Positions 56,088-64,000 of a stretch of 64,000 nt of DNA are shown in pieces. Each line of letters starts with the position of its first letter. The stretch's first letter is position 1. The stretch lies in NCBI GenBank assembly GCA_041741015.1, contig JBGSKX010000248.1, positions 64,509-128,508 of the forward strand, in the 5' to 3' direction. Below the pieces are notes generated by a model that was given only the letters and a program-made list of their open reading frames with translations, was not told the DNA's origin and did not search any database. This stretch comes from Pirellulales bacterium. GTDB taxonomy: Bacteria; Planctomycetota; Planctomycetia; Pirellulales; PALSA-1355. The position numbers were made by a program, and so were the translations under genes.

Positions 56088-57093
56088 AGGCGTTTTTTAC
56101 CAGGCGGTGAATGAAGCCATCATACTCGATTCCGCCAGCCTCGAGCGCCTTGGCAAAACCGGCCGTGGGGCTGATGTCGGGATTGCCGTTCACTTCGAGC
56201 ACGAACACTCGGCCCTGAACGTCGACCCGCATGTCGACGCGGGCATAATCGCGGCAGCCCGTGGCATGAAATGCTGCCAGAGCCACGCGGCGTATCTCGG
56301 CTGCCAGGTCGGGCTCGACATCGGCCGGACAGCGCACTGCCGATTGGACGCACTCGTCGCTGTCGGCGGCCCACTTGGCATCATAGGTTACGATTCGCCG
56401 ATCCGGCGGAAAGGCTTCACCGAACTCGATCTCGGCCAGCGGCAGCGTCTGGGCCTCGGGCAGCGCGAGCACGCTGACGTTGAACTCGCGGCCGGCGATG
56501 AAGCGTTCGACCAGCGCCGGACCGTAGCGCGTGTGTACCTGCTGTAGTTGTTCGTTGAGTCCCGTTTCGGTTGTCACAACGCTCGCCAGCGAGATGCCCA
56601 GGCTGGCGTCTTCGTGCGCTGGCTTGACGATCAGCGGTCCCTGTTCGAGCAGCACGGCGAACTGCGCGCGATCGATCTGGCAGTTCGGCGAAGTGAGTAA
56701 GAATTCGGGAGTCGGTATGTCCGCCCCGGTGAGCAGCCACTTGGTGCGCGGTTTATGACGCACGAGATCCAGGCATTCGGCCGGCGAACCGGTCATGGCC
56801 AGCCCGCGCAGCTCGACGAGCGCGGCGACTGCCGCTTCGCCGCGCCCGACGCCGCCAAAGCCTTCGAACAGGTTGACCACGACGTCGAACGGCTCGAGGT
56901 CGAGAATCGAGGCGATGGCTTCGTCCACGGTCGGTCCCAGGCCGAGTGCAAAGCAACGATGGATATGGGCGGCGAGCGATGTGTTAACCGCTTCAACGGA
57001 TTCCAGCACGCCGGCTTCGGAGGCCGCGTCGGGATGATCGCGCGGCAGCGTCGGCTCGTTGTAGAGAATGAGGACCTTCACGGATGCCCTCAT
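56065..57093 (-). CDS. D-alanine--D-alanine ligase family ATP-grasp enzyme (paralogue 1)
   Basis: VKVLILYNEP N-terminus, KPAHEDASLGIS, EVNGNPD. ATG 57093 chosen because the 57108 start lies inside the hairpin repeat. Confidence 0.75.
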   Translation of the reverse strand: MRASVKVLILYNEPTLPRDHPDAASEAGVLESVEAVNTSLAAHIHRCFALGLGPTVDEAIASILDLEPFDVVVNLFEGFGGVGRGEAAVAALVELRGLAMTGSPAECLDLVRHKPRTKWLLTGADIPTPEFLLTSPNCQIDRAQFAVLLEQGPLIVKPAHEDASLGISLASVVTTETGLNEQLQQVHTRYGPALVERFIAGREFNVSVLALPEAQTLPLAEIEFGEAFPPDRRIVTYDAKWAADSDECVQSAVRCPADVEPDLAAEIRRVALAAFHATGCRDYARVDMRVDVQGRVFVLEVNGNPDISPTAGFAKALEAGGIEYDGFIHRLVKNAYARRPQA

Positions 57094-57107
57094 GCGGTTC
57101 GCGGGCA

Positions 57108-57139
57108 CTTTCCAGGGGGAAGGTATTCCCCTGGCTTTA
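57108..57139 (+). repeat. CTTTCC..GGCTTTA hairpin repeat copy
   Basis: CTTTCCAGGGGGAAGGTATTCCCCTGGCTTTA. Its last 3 nt are the complement of the TAA stop of the upstream minus-strand gene. Confidence 0.6.
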
Positions 57140-58207
57140 CATGCATGTGATTTGCGCGGTCACGGCGGCGTCACTTGGCGAATATATGAGGCCGACGCGG
57201 TCGATTGCCGCCGCGAGGATGCGCGCGACCAGCTCGCGATGCTCGATGCCCAGCGATCGACTGAGCAGCACCAGATCACCAGACGTGGGCGACAACCCCG
57301 GCAGCGGGTTTGTTTCCAGGAAGTAAGGTACTCCATCGCGGAGGCGGAAATCAAATCTCGCGACGTCGCGGCATCCCAGGGCTCGCCAGGCGGTCAGCGT
57401 CGCGTCGAGCACGGCCTGGGAGTCGTGGGGTGTGAGCGCCGCAGGGCACTCGTAGCGCACCTGCCGCTGCCAATCGCGCTTCACTTCCAGGCTGTAGACG
57501 AACGGCTGCGTGCTCTGCTCTCGTGGCAATACGCGCATGATGCCCAGCACTTGTGGCGGATCATTGCCGACAACACCGACCGTCAGCTCGTCGCCGAGGA
57601 TGAACTCTTCGACCAGGACCGGCTGCTGGTAGGCCTGGTGCAATTGCTGGAGGGCGGCACGAAGGGACTCGAGGTTATACAACACGCTGCTGTTGAGGAT
57701 GCCTTTGCTGGAACCTTCGCAGGCCGGTTTGACAAAGACTGGAAAGCGTAGTGACACGGCCTCACGTTCGATGCTCGCCGGATCACCTTCGTAAACGAAC
57801 CAGCGCGGCGTGGCAACGCCCACGGCGGCAACCAACTGCTTGGCAATCGGCTTGTCGAGCGTCACGGCCAGGGTGAGCGGGTCACTGCCCGTGTAGGGAA
57901 TGTCCAGCATCTCGAGCACGGCTGGCACGCGGGCTTCGCGCGTTCGTCCGGCGCCGTGCCCCTCGGCAAAGTTCCACACGAGGTCGGGCCGCGGACCGGA
58001 AAGCAGCCGCTGGAGCAGCGGTTCGCCGTAACCCAGCAGTTCGACCTCGTGGCCGAGCGACTGGAGCGCGGCCGCGATGGCCGCGATCGTCTCGGGCGAA
58101 TCGAACTCCTCGTCGAGATCGTCGCCCGGCAGCGGCAGGACTCCCGAAACACTTGAGCCCGCGGGGACGTCGGCACGGCGAACGTTGAAGGTCAAACCGA
58201 TTCTCAA
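57137..58207 (-). CDS. D-alanine--D-alanine ligase family ATP-grasp enzyme (paralogue 2)
   Basis: MRIGLTFNV N-terminus, VKPACEGSSKGI, FLETNPLPGL. Confidence 0.75.
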   Translation of the reverse strand: MRIGLTFNVRRADVPAGSSVSGVLPLPGDDLDEEFDSPETIAAIAAALQSLGHEVELLGYGEPLLQRLLSGPRPDLVWNFAEGHGAGRTREARVPAVLEMLDIPYTGSDPLTLAVTLDKPIAKQLVAAVGVATPRWFVYEGDPASIEREAVSLRFPVFVKPACEGSSKGILNSSVLYNLESLRAALQQLHQAYQQPVLVEEFILGDELTVGVVGNDPPQVLGIMRVLPREQSTQPFVYSLEVKRDWQRQVRYECPAALTPHDSQAVLDATLTAWRALGCRDVARFDFRLRDGVPYFLETNPLPGLSPTSGDLVLLSRSLGIEHRELVARILAAAIDRVGLIYSPSDAAVTAQITCM

Positions 58208-58237
58208 GCCGTGGCTCCTGAATACTGTTTTACCGCA

Positions 58238-59677
58238 TTACTTCGCGCGTGAGCGCGACCAGCCGTCGTGTTCAGCGGAAGGCGTCTCTTCGGCCTGATA
58301 GCCGGAAAGCTGAATGACGTCGGGACCTGCTGCTTCGACCTGCTGAGCGTCGGCGTGCAGCGCTTCGGCATGATCGGCGCGCCGTTGGAAACGCGGCGTG
58401 CCTTCAGGCACCAGTGCGGTCCGCATGCCGCTGAGCAGCGAGCTGACACCCAGCGTTGGGTAACCGGCCGCCAGGCCATCAGGCTTGTCTTCCGGCGCAT
58501 AGCGGAAGAGCATGCCTTCGTAGTTTCGCAGCACCACGGCGTTGTCCGAAGCTGAAACAAGATAGTTCGGCATCAGCGGAATCTTGCCGGCGCCGTGCAT
58601 GCCATCGACGACATAGGTCGGCACAGCCAGCCCGGAGACGTGCCCGCGGAGACCTTCGATGATCTCGAGCCCCTTCCAAACCGAGGTGCGGAAGTGGCCG
58701 GCGCCGGTGACCGGGTCGCAGTGGAACAGGTAGTACGGCCGCACCTTGATCCGCAGCAGCCCGCGGACGAGCTGTCGCATCGTGGTGACCGAATCGTTCA
58801 CGCCTTTGAGCAGCACGGCGTGATTGCTGACGGGCATGCCCGCATTCACCAGGTTGCGCACGGCCTGGGCCGTGGCGGGGGTGATCTCGCGAGGGTGATT
58901 GAAGTGCGTTTGGATCCAGATCTTGCCGGCGCTGTGCAACAGCGCCACGAGATCCAGGTCGAACAGCCGCTGCGGCAGCGTGACCGGCACGCGCGTGCCA
59001 ATCCGGATGACGTCGACGTGGTCGATCGCGGCCAGGTTGGTGATGAACCACCGCAGCCGGTTGGGTGGCAGCGACAACGGATCGCCACCACTCATGACGA
59101 CATCACGAATTTCGCGGTGCTCGCGGACATAGGCGATCATCCGCTCGTCGTTGTGGCTGGGGGCGTCCCAACCGTCGCGGTCCATCGTCACGCGCTTCCG
59201 CGTGCAAAACCGGCAGTACATCGAGCAGACGTGGGTCGTGACCATCAGCACGCGGTCGGGATAGCGATGCGTGAGGCCCGGCACAGGTGAGTCTTTGTCT
59301 TCTTCCAGAGGATCTTCGAGCTCAACGCCGGCCGTACTGCTGGTTTCGAGCAGCGAGGGGAGCGACTGGAGCGCGATCGGATCGGCCGGATCGAGCGTGT
59401 TGATCAGCGAGAAGTAGTACGGCGGAATCGCCAGCTTGTACTTCTGTTCGAGCTCTTCGAGGGCGGCATGCTCCTCGAGGCTGAACGCGTAGAACTCCGC
59501 GAGCTGCGAAGTCGTGCGGATGGCGTTTTGCATCTGCCATCGCCAGTCGTCCCATTTGTCGTCGGCAACGTCATTCCATTTGGGGTGCCGACGACTGGTA
59601 CCTGGAGGCTCCTCAAAGTCGTCCTGCTGGACTCCATCCCGGGGGGCCGCCACCAGTGCGGCATCAGCGCGGTTCAT
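58238..59677 (-). CDS. kamA: lysine 2,3-aminomutase family radical-SAM/PLP enzyme
   Basis: WDDWRWQMQN, SPVPGLTHRYPDRVL, CSMYCRFCTRKR (59204..59227 encodes CSMYCRFC), and PLP-lysine context VVDGMHGAGK. ATG 59677 chosen over the 59749 ORF start. Confidence 0.85.
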   Translation of the reverse strand: MNRADAALVAAPRDGVQQDDFEEPPGTSRRHPKWNDVADDKWDDWRWQMQNAIRTTSQLAEFYAFSLEEHAALEELEQKYKLAIPPYYFSLINTLDPADPIALQSLPSLLETSSTAGVELEDPLEEDKDSPVPGLTHRYPDRVLMVTTHVCSMYCRFCTRKRVTMDRDGWDAPSHNDERMIAYVREHREIRDVVMSGGDPLSLPPNRLRWFITNLAAIDHVDVIRIGTRVPVTLPQRLFDLDLVALLHSAGKIWIQTHFNHPREITPATAQAVRNLVNAGMPVSNHAVLLKGVNDSVTTMRQLVRGLLRIKVRPYYLFHCDPVTGAGHFRTSVWKGLEIIEGLRGHVSGLAVPTYVVDGMHGAGKIPLMPNYLVSASDNAVVLRNYEGMLFRYAPEDKPDGLAAGYPTLGVSSLLSGMRTALVPEGTPRFQRRADHAEALHADAQQVEAAGPDVIQLSGYQAEETPSAEHDGWSRSRAK

Positions 59678-60068
59678 CTGCGGTGAATCCCTCCACAAAG
59701 TAAGCCGTCCTACAGCTTTGGCGACTGCGGCAACACCCGCGGCTCGCAAGCAGATTCGCGTGCTTATACCAGTTGCCAGGCGGCCTCACAAGCGAAGCAA
59801 CCCTTGAATATCAAAGGATTTAGTTCGCACGCAAAGTATCCGCGGGAGTGCCCCTTGGCAGGTCAATTCAATGCGCACCTTGCCAGCACTTCCGCGGGTC
59901 CACTATGATCGGCGGGAGTCCACGGCTGGCAGCGCGACAGGAAGTCGCCTCGCGACCAGGTTTCAGCCCTCCCTCCGGTGACTCTGAGCCGATCGATTGA
60001 GCGCATCGATCCGGCGCGGCTGTCTCTCCGTAATCCACGATCACGCCTCGCCCCGCATAAGGTTCCGC

Positions 60069-61478
60069 ATGAACGCATCGGCCTCGCCCACTAGCCGGCT
60101 TACCGTTACTCAGTGGTTGATTGTCTCGCTGGCGGCGATCGGGTTTGCGTTCGATATCTACGAACTGCTGATGATGCAGTTCATCATCAAGGACCTGATC
60201 GTCGAGCTCACCGGCTATGCACCGGGAAGCGCCGGATTCAATAAGTGGGGCGCGGTCCTGTTTTACGTTCCGGCTTTGGCTGGCGGCGTGTTTGGGCTCT
60301 ACGGCGGCTACCTGACGGACCGTCTTGGCCGGCGCCGCGTGCTCACCTGGAGCATCCTGATTTACGCGTTCAGCGCGTTCGCGGCGGGGTTCTCAACCTC
60401 GATCGAAATGCTCCTCGTGCTCCGCTGCTTGACGTTTGTCGGCGTGTGTGTTGAGTTCGTGGCTGCCGTGGCCTGGCTCGCAGAGTTGTTTCCCGATCCG
60501 CATCGCCGCGAGACCGTACTGGGCTATACCCAGGCGTTCAGCTCGCTCGGCGGTTTCATGGTCGCGGGCGCCTACTTCCTGGCGGCCCGCTATGCCGAGT
60601 CGCTACCCACAATTCAGCTCCCCGGCTTCCTCAGCTTCATGGGTGAGATCCAGAACGGCAATGCCGCCTGGCGATATACCTTGATGTCGGGGCTGATCCC
60701 GGCCCTGCCGCTATTGATCATTCGGCCGTTTCTCCCCGAGTCGCCAATCTGGGCTCGCAAGCACGCCGCGGGCGAGTTGCAACGGCCGAGCTTCCGCGAG
60801 CTATTCAGCCCGCAATTTCGGCGGACCACGATTGTGAGCACGATCGTGTTTGCGTGCGCCTATGGAGCGGCGTTTGGAGCGATCCAGCAAATTCGCCAGA
60901 TCGTGCCGGGCGTACCGGACGTGAAGGCCGAGCTGGCAGAACTCCCAGTGCCCAAGCAAAAGCAGCATGAGGCTGAAACCGCTGCGTTCATTGGCGAGAT
61001 CCAGGAGCTCGGCGGTCTTACGGGGCGCATCTTGCTCGCGATCCTGGCCGTGCGGATTGTCAGCCGTCGCTCACTGCTTAGAGTTTTCCAGGTACCAGGG
61101 CTGATCCTGGTGCCGCTGATCTTCGCGTTCGCGCCGAGCCAGGGGCTCAACGCCCTGACGATCGGTGCATTCGTCGCCGGACTGTTTACGGTCGGACAGT
61201 TCAGCTTCCTGGGGAACTATCTGCCGACGGTGTATCCGGTACACTTGCGCGGCACGGGCGAAGGCTTTGCCGCCAACATTGGTGGCCGCATGATCGGCAC
61301 CTCATTCGCCGCGGTAACGCTGCTACTCAGTGGCATGATGCCGGGCGAATCCGCCCCGATGCAAGTTGCCAACGCAGCGGCCGTCGTCGCGCTGTTCGTA
61401 TTCACGGTCGGCGTTATCGCGTCGTTCTTCCTGCCGGAGCCGCTACCGGAAGAAGTCGATTTCGGCGCTAATCGTTAG
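60069..61478 (+). CDS. MFS transporter
   Basis: 12 TM segments. MFS motif GGYLTDRLGRRRVL. ATG 60069 chosen. Its stop overlaps the convergent stop of the next gene (TTAG). Confidence 0.8.
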   Translation: MNASASPTSRLTVTQWLIVSLAAIGFAFDIYELLMMQFIIKDLIVELTGYAPGSAGFNKWGAVLFYVPALAGGVFGLYGGYLTDRLGRRRVLTWSILIYAFSAFAAGFSTSIEMLLVLRCLTFVGVCVEFVAAVAWLAELFPDPHRRETVLGYTQAFSSLGGFMVAGAYFLAARYAESLPTIQLPGFLSFMGEIQNGNAAWRYTLMSGLIPALPLLIIRPFLPESPIWARKHAAGELQRPSFRELFSPQFRRTTIVSTIVFACAYGAAFGAIQQIRQIVPGVPDVKAELAELPVPKQKQHEAETAAFIGEIQELGGLTGRILLAILAVRIVSRRSLLRVFQVPGLILVPLIFAFAPSQGLNALTIGAFVAGLFTVGQFSFLGNYLPTVYPVHLRGTGEGFAANIGGRMIGTSFAAVTLLLSGMMPGESAPMQVANAAAVVALFVFTVGVIASFFLPEPLPEEVDFGANR

Positions 61479-62560
61479 ATTAACAGCCCTCGGGCATCAA
61501 TCGGCAGTTCGACGAGCGTGCCATCCTCATCGCGCAGCCAGACCGCGGTTTGCAAGTTGATGCACGGGCACACGTGGTTCGGGATCACGGTCACCCGTTC
61601 GCCGAGCTTGGGCACGCGGCTGCACTTGCGGACGTCGACCTGGCCGTGCTCCTCGGTGAGTTTGTTAATCACCGCATCCGGATATTCGACGATGTAGCCG
61701 TGGCCGCTGTCGGGCGCAGGTCCGCAGCGATCGCTGGTGAACGTCTTGGTGCCGGCGTCGAGCACAACTTGCCCAGGCACAGCGGTGCTGACGACCGTGC
61801 AGATGATCGTCGCGGCGCAATCGTCCAGCGTACAGAATCCGCCGTGGACACCGTTCATGTCGTTATAGATGTACGTGCCAGGGCGAATCTCGGTGAGGTC
61901 GGCCACCAGGTGCGACTGAAACGCCGTCGGTGTTGAGCCGCCGGAGATTACGCGTGCCTCCAGCCCGTGCTCGGCCCACAGCTCGAGCGCATCGCCCAGC
62001 TTGCGTGAAACCTCGGCGAGGGCCGGCTCCTGCTCCGCCGGAGGACATTGGATGTGCCCCGGATAAAATAGCAGGCCATCGAGCCGCAGCCCCGGCGAGC
62101 GGTCGACCATGGCGGCGAGCTTCAGTGCCTCGCCCGGTGTTTGCAGGCCGGTGCGCCCCATGCCGACATCGAGATCGACCAGGATGCCGATCGTGGTCTT
62201 GGCCCGATTGGCCGCGGCGGCGATCTGCTTGGCGCCCTCAATCGAATCGACAGCCACGCGGAGCGTAATGTGCTTTGCCAGATGCGCCAACCGTGCAGTG
62301 CGGGCCGGATCGATTGCCGGATAGGCAACCAGCACATCCTGACAGACCTCGGACATCACCTCGGCTTCGCCCACCTTGGCCACGGTCAGGCCGACCGCTC
62401 CTGCGCCAAGCTGCAGATCGGCAAGCTGGAGCGATTTGTGGGTTTTGGTATGTGGCCGCAGGTCGAGGTCGTGGCTGTCGGCGTAGTCCGCCATCCGATT
62501 GAGATTCTGGACGACCGTCGTTCCGTCGATAACGAGTGCCGGCGTGGCGGGAGGATCCAT
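61475..62560 (-). CDS. fold-type III PLP enzyme, D-threonine aldolase/D-serine dehydratase (DSD1) family
   Basis: N-terminal ALVIDGTTVVQNL...RPHTKTHK (PLP-lysine motif of the alanine-racemase-N-like DSD1/D-TA family) and a C-terminal beta domain. Confidence 0.75.
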   Translation of the reverse strand: MDPPATPALVIDGTTVVQNLNRMADYADSHDLDLRPHTKTHKSLQLADLQLGAGAVGLTVAKVGEAEVMSEVCQDVLVAYPAIDPARTARLAHLAKHITLRVAVDSIEGAKQIAAAANRAKTTIGILVDLDVGMGRTGLQTPGEALKLAAMVDRSPGLRLDGLLFYPGHIQCPPAEQEPALAEVSRKLGDALELWAEHGLEARVISGGSTPTAFQSHLVADLTEIRPGTYIYNDMNGVHGGFCTLDDCAATIICTVVSTAVPGQVVLDAGTKTFTSDRCGPAPDSGHGYIVEYPDAVINKLTEEHGQVDVRKCSRVPKLGERVTVIPNHVCPCINLQTAVWLRDEDGTLVELPIDARGLLI

Positions 62561-62778
62561 GTTTGTTTCGGTCCGAATCGGTGCGCTTGTGCGGGGCTGC
62601 GTAAGGTGTAAACCGCATGGCGCGGTAATGCAACCGGGCGGCGGGCCGAGTTGGCGATCGAATCGTCACGGGCGATGATTTTTTCGCCACGCCGCGAATG
62701 CCAGCACCGGCGGCCAATTTCACTCTAGCAGTTGCACGCACCCGTAGGATAGTCTTGAAGAAAGAGGAGGCTTTCCTG

Positions 62779-63864
62779 ATGAGTAAGCACGTCCGCGGAA
62801 TTGCCCTTATTCTGACGCTGGCCCTGCTGGCGGCGCCGGCCGAATTCCGTCCGTCGCATTCGGTCGCCAAAGAGAACGACTCGTCCGCGCAAGCGCGAGT
62901 GGCAAGGGGGCGCATCACGCCCGCCACGAGGCGTTCGATCGACCGGGGCACCGAGTGGCTGATTAGCGCGATGCGGATTGACGGCTCACTGGGGACCGAC
63001 CGTGGCCGTCCGCCCGACTTGAGCTGCACGGCGATCTTCGGCCTGGTGCTGCTCTCGCAAGGCAACACGCTGGTGGCCGGACCGAACCGCGAAGAGCTGC
63101 AGAAAGTGCTCGACGCAACGCTGGCAATGGTCGATCGCTTGCCGAACGGCCCCTCGCAAGCAAACACCGTGACGCTCGTGCAGCGCAAGATCGGCCGCAA
63201 TGCGGACCTGTTTGTGGCGGCACTATTCTTGAGCCAGCTTCAGGGCGAGGCCGGCTATGCCGAGAAAGACGTCCGCCTGGCGCTTGAAAAGCTGACGGCG
63301 GGGATCTGCGCCGCGCAGCAGAAGGACGGCACCTGGGGCGAAGAGAGCTGGGCGCCTGTGCTCGGCACCGTGCTCGGCTGGGAGTGCCTGCGGGCGGCGA
63401 GCTCCAGCGGGCTGAAGGTGGATGCCTCGGCCACTGCCGCGGGGGATGCCCTGCTCAAGCAGCTCAAAGAGGCGCCCACGCACGGCGATAACTGGATGTT
63501 CGAGTTCTACAAGAACGCTTCGAGCATTCGCGTGCTGTACTCGATGAACTACCGACGGGATCCGATCTTCGAAACGAGCGTCGAGAAGATCATGAAGATC
63601 GCCCGGGAGGATGATCGGCCGTTCTTTCAGGCCGGCGGCGAAGAGTTCCTGGCGTTCTACCTGGTGACCGAGTGCCTGCTGCAAGAGCGTAACGAGCGGT
63701 GGCAGTCGTGGTATCCCACGGTGCGCGACAAGATCGTGCGCGTGCAGAACGCCGACGGCAGTTGGACGGGGCATCACTGCATCACGGCCCGAACGTTCTG
63801 CACGGCCGCGGCAATGCTGACGCTGCAAGCCGCGAATTTGTACATCCCGGCGTCGGATTTGTAA
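62779..63864 (+). CDS. secreted prenyltransferase/squalene-oxidase-repeat protein
   Basis: Strong SD AAAGAGGAGG 8 nt before ATG 62779. Signal peptide. Repeated QW-like motifs (RIDGSLG, QKDGTWG, QNADGSWTG). Confidence 0.7.
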   Translation: MSKHVRGIALILTLALLAAPAEFRPSHSVAKENDSSAQARVARGRITPATRRSIDRGTEWLISAMRIDGSLGTDRGRPPDLSCTAIFGLVLLSQGNTLVAGPNREELQKVLDATLAMVDRLPNGPSQANTVTLVQRKIGRNADLFVAALFLSQLQGEAGYAEKDVRLALEKLTAGICAAQQKDGTWGEESWAPVLGTVLGWECLRAASSSGLKVDASATAAGDALLKQLKEAPTHGDNWMFEFYKNASSIRVLYSMNYRRDPIFETSVEKIMKIAREDDRPFFQAGGEEFLAFYLVTECLLQERNERWQSWYPTVRDKIVRVQNADGSWTGHHCITARTFCTAAAMLTLQAANLYIPASDL

Positions 63865-63883
63865 GGCCGTCGGCGGCTGTCCA

Positions 63884-63962
63884 GGGTGGCACGCCCCTGA
63901 GGAACGAAGGGCGTGAAGTGCGTTTGCACACGCCCATCGCTGTGGCTCTGAGCGTGCCACCC
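63884..63962 (+). other. multi-stem structured element downstream of the last gene
   Basis: An 11-bp outer inverted repeat GGGTGGCACGC/GCGTGCCACCC encloses GGGCGTG (63909..63915). That segment can pair with either CACGCCC copy (63890..63896 or 63929..63935). Confidence 0.5.
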
Positions 63963-64000
63963 CACAAATCAACCACCAGCTACTTCCCGCGAACTTCGTC

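Noticed and set aside
58238-59677. Glutamate (or arginine) 2,3-aminomutase instead of lysine 2,3-aminomutase
   Set aside because: Both acidic positions that bind the lysine side-chain amine in clostridial KAM are Asp here (HCD, VVDG). Glutamate 2,3-aminomutases are reported to replace them with Lys/Asn. This rests on by-eye alignment only.
62238-63972. Minus-strand ORFs 62238..63200 and 63223..63972
   Set aside because: They overlap the prenyltransferase-repeat gene, which has a strong SD, a signal peptide and QW-like repeats. Their translations are Arg/Ser/Ala-rich with no motifs.

Overview
GC-rich bacterial chromosomal window with about 57 protein genes and one tRNA. I found no rRNA, CRISPR array, transposase or integrase. 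The gene content suggests a Planctomycetota (Pirellulales-like) genome, but this is inference only: secreted BNR, sulfatase, DUF1080 and PEP-CTERM proteins, an H4MPT-type formyltransferase, a STAS/RsbW partner-switching pair, a MoxR-DUF58-VWA cluster, long intergenic spacers and often weak SD sequences. The centre of the window (23415..35880, minus strand) is a complex I operon ordered nuoI-DUF2203-nuoA-C-D-H-J-K-L-M-N. It lacks nuoB and nuoEFG and carries large lineage-specific insertions: His/Asp-rich loops in NuoL and an extra loop of about 65 aa in NuoA. Other blocks are: a GntR-unknown-sulfatase unit; dcd-nth; csrA, tRNA-Glu and hemH; a parDE toxin-antitoxin pair whose toxin ORF runs antisense into a thiolase gene; an MTHFS-like gene followed by ftr; and ABC plus MoxR/DUF58/DUF4129/VWA genes. 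The best candidate for an undescribed system is the minus-strand operon 55218..59677. It encodes a lysine-type 2,3-aminomutase (KamA family), two D-Ala-D-Ala-ligase-like ATP-grasp enzymes and an LssY_C membrane protein, flanked by an MFS transporter and a D-amino-acid-type PLP enzyme. This looks like a ribosome-independent beta-lysine peptide or conjugate pathway. Non-coding observations include a five-copy hairpin repeat family, all copies in one orientation. There is also a perfect 19-bp inverted repeat in a divergent promoter region and twin GACAAC-NN-GTTGTC palindromes upstream of an Nramp-like transporter. Smaller items are a 17-nt tandem duplication in the nuoD-nuoH gap, repeats upstream of nuoI, and a multi-stem element at the 3' edge. 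Many long ORFs in the six-frame track are antisense shadow ORFs and were rejected. All functional calls rest on motifs I recognise by eye; no database search was run.
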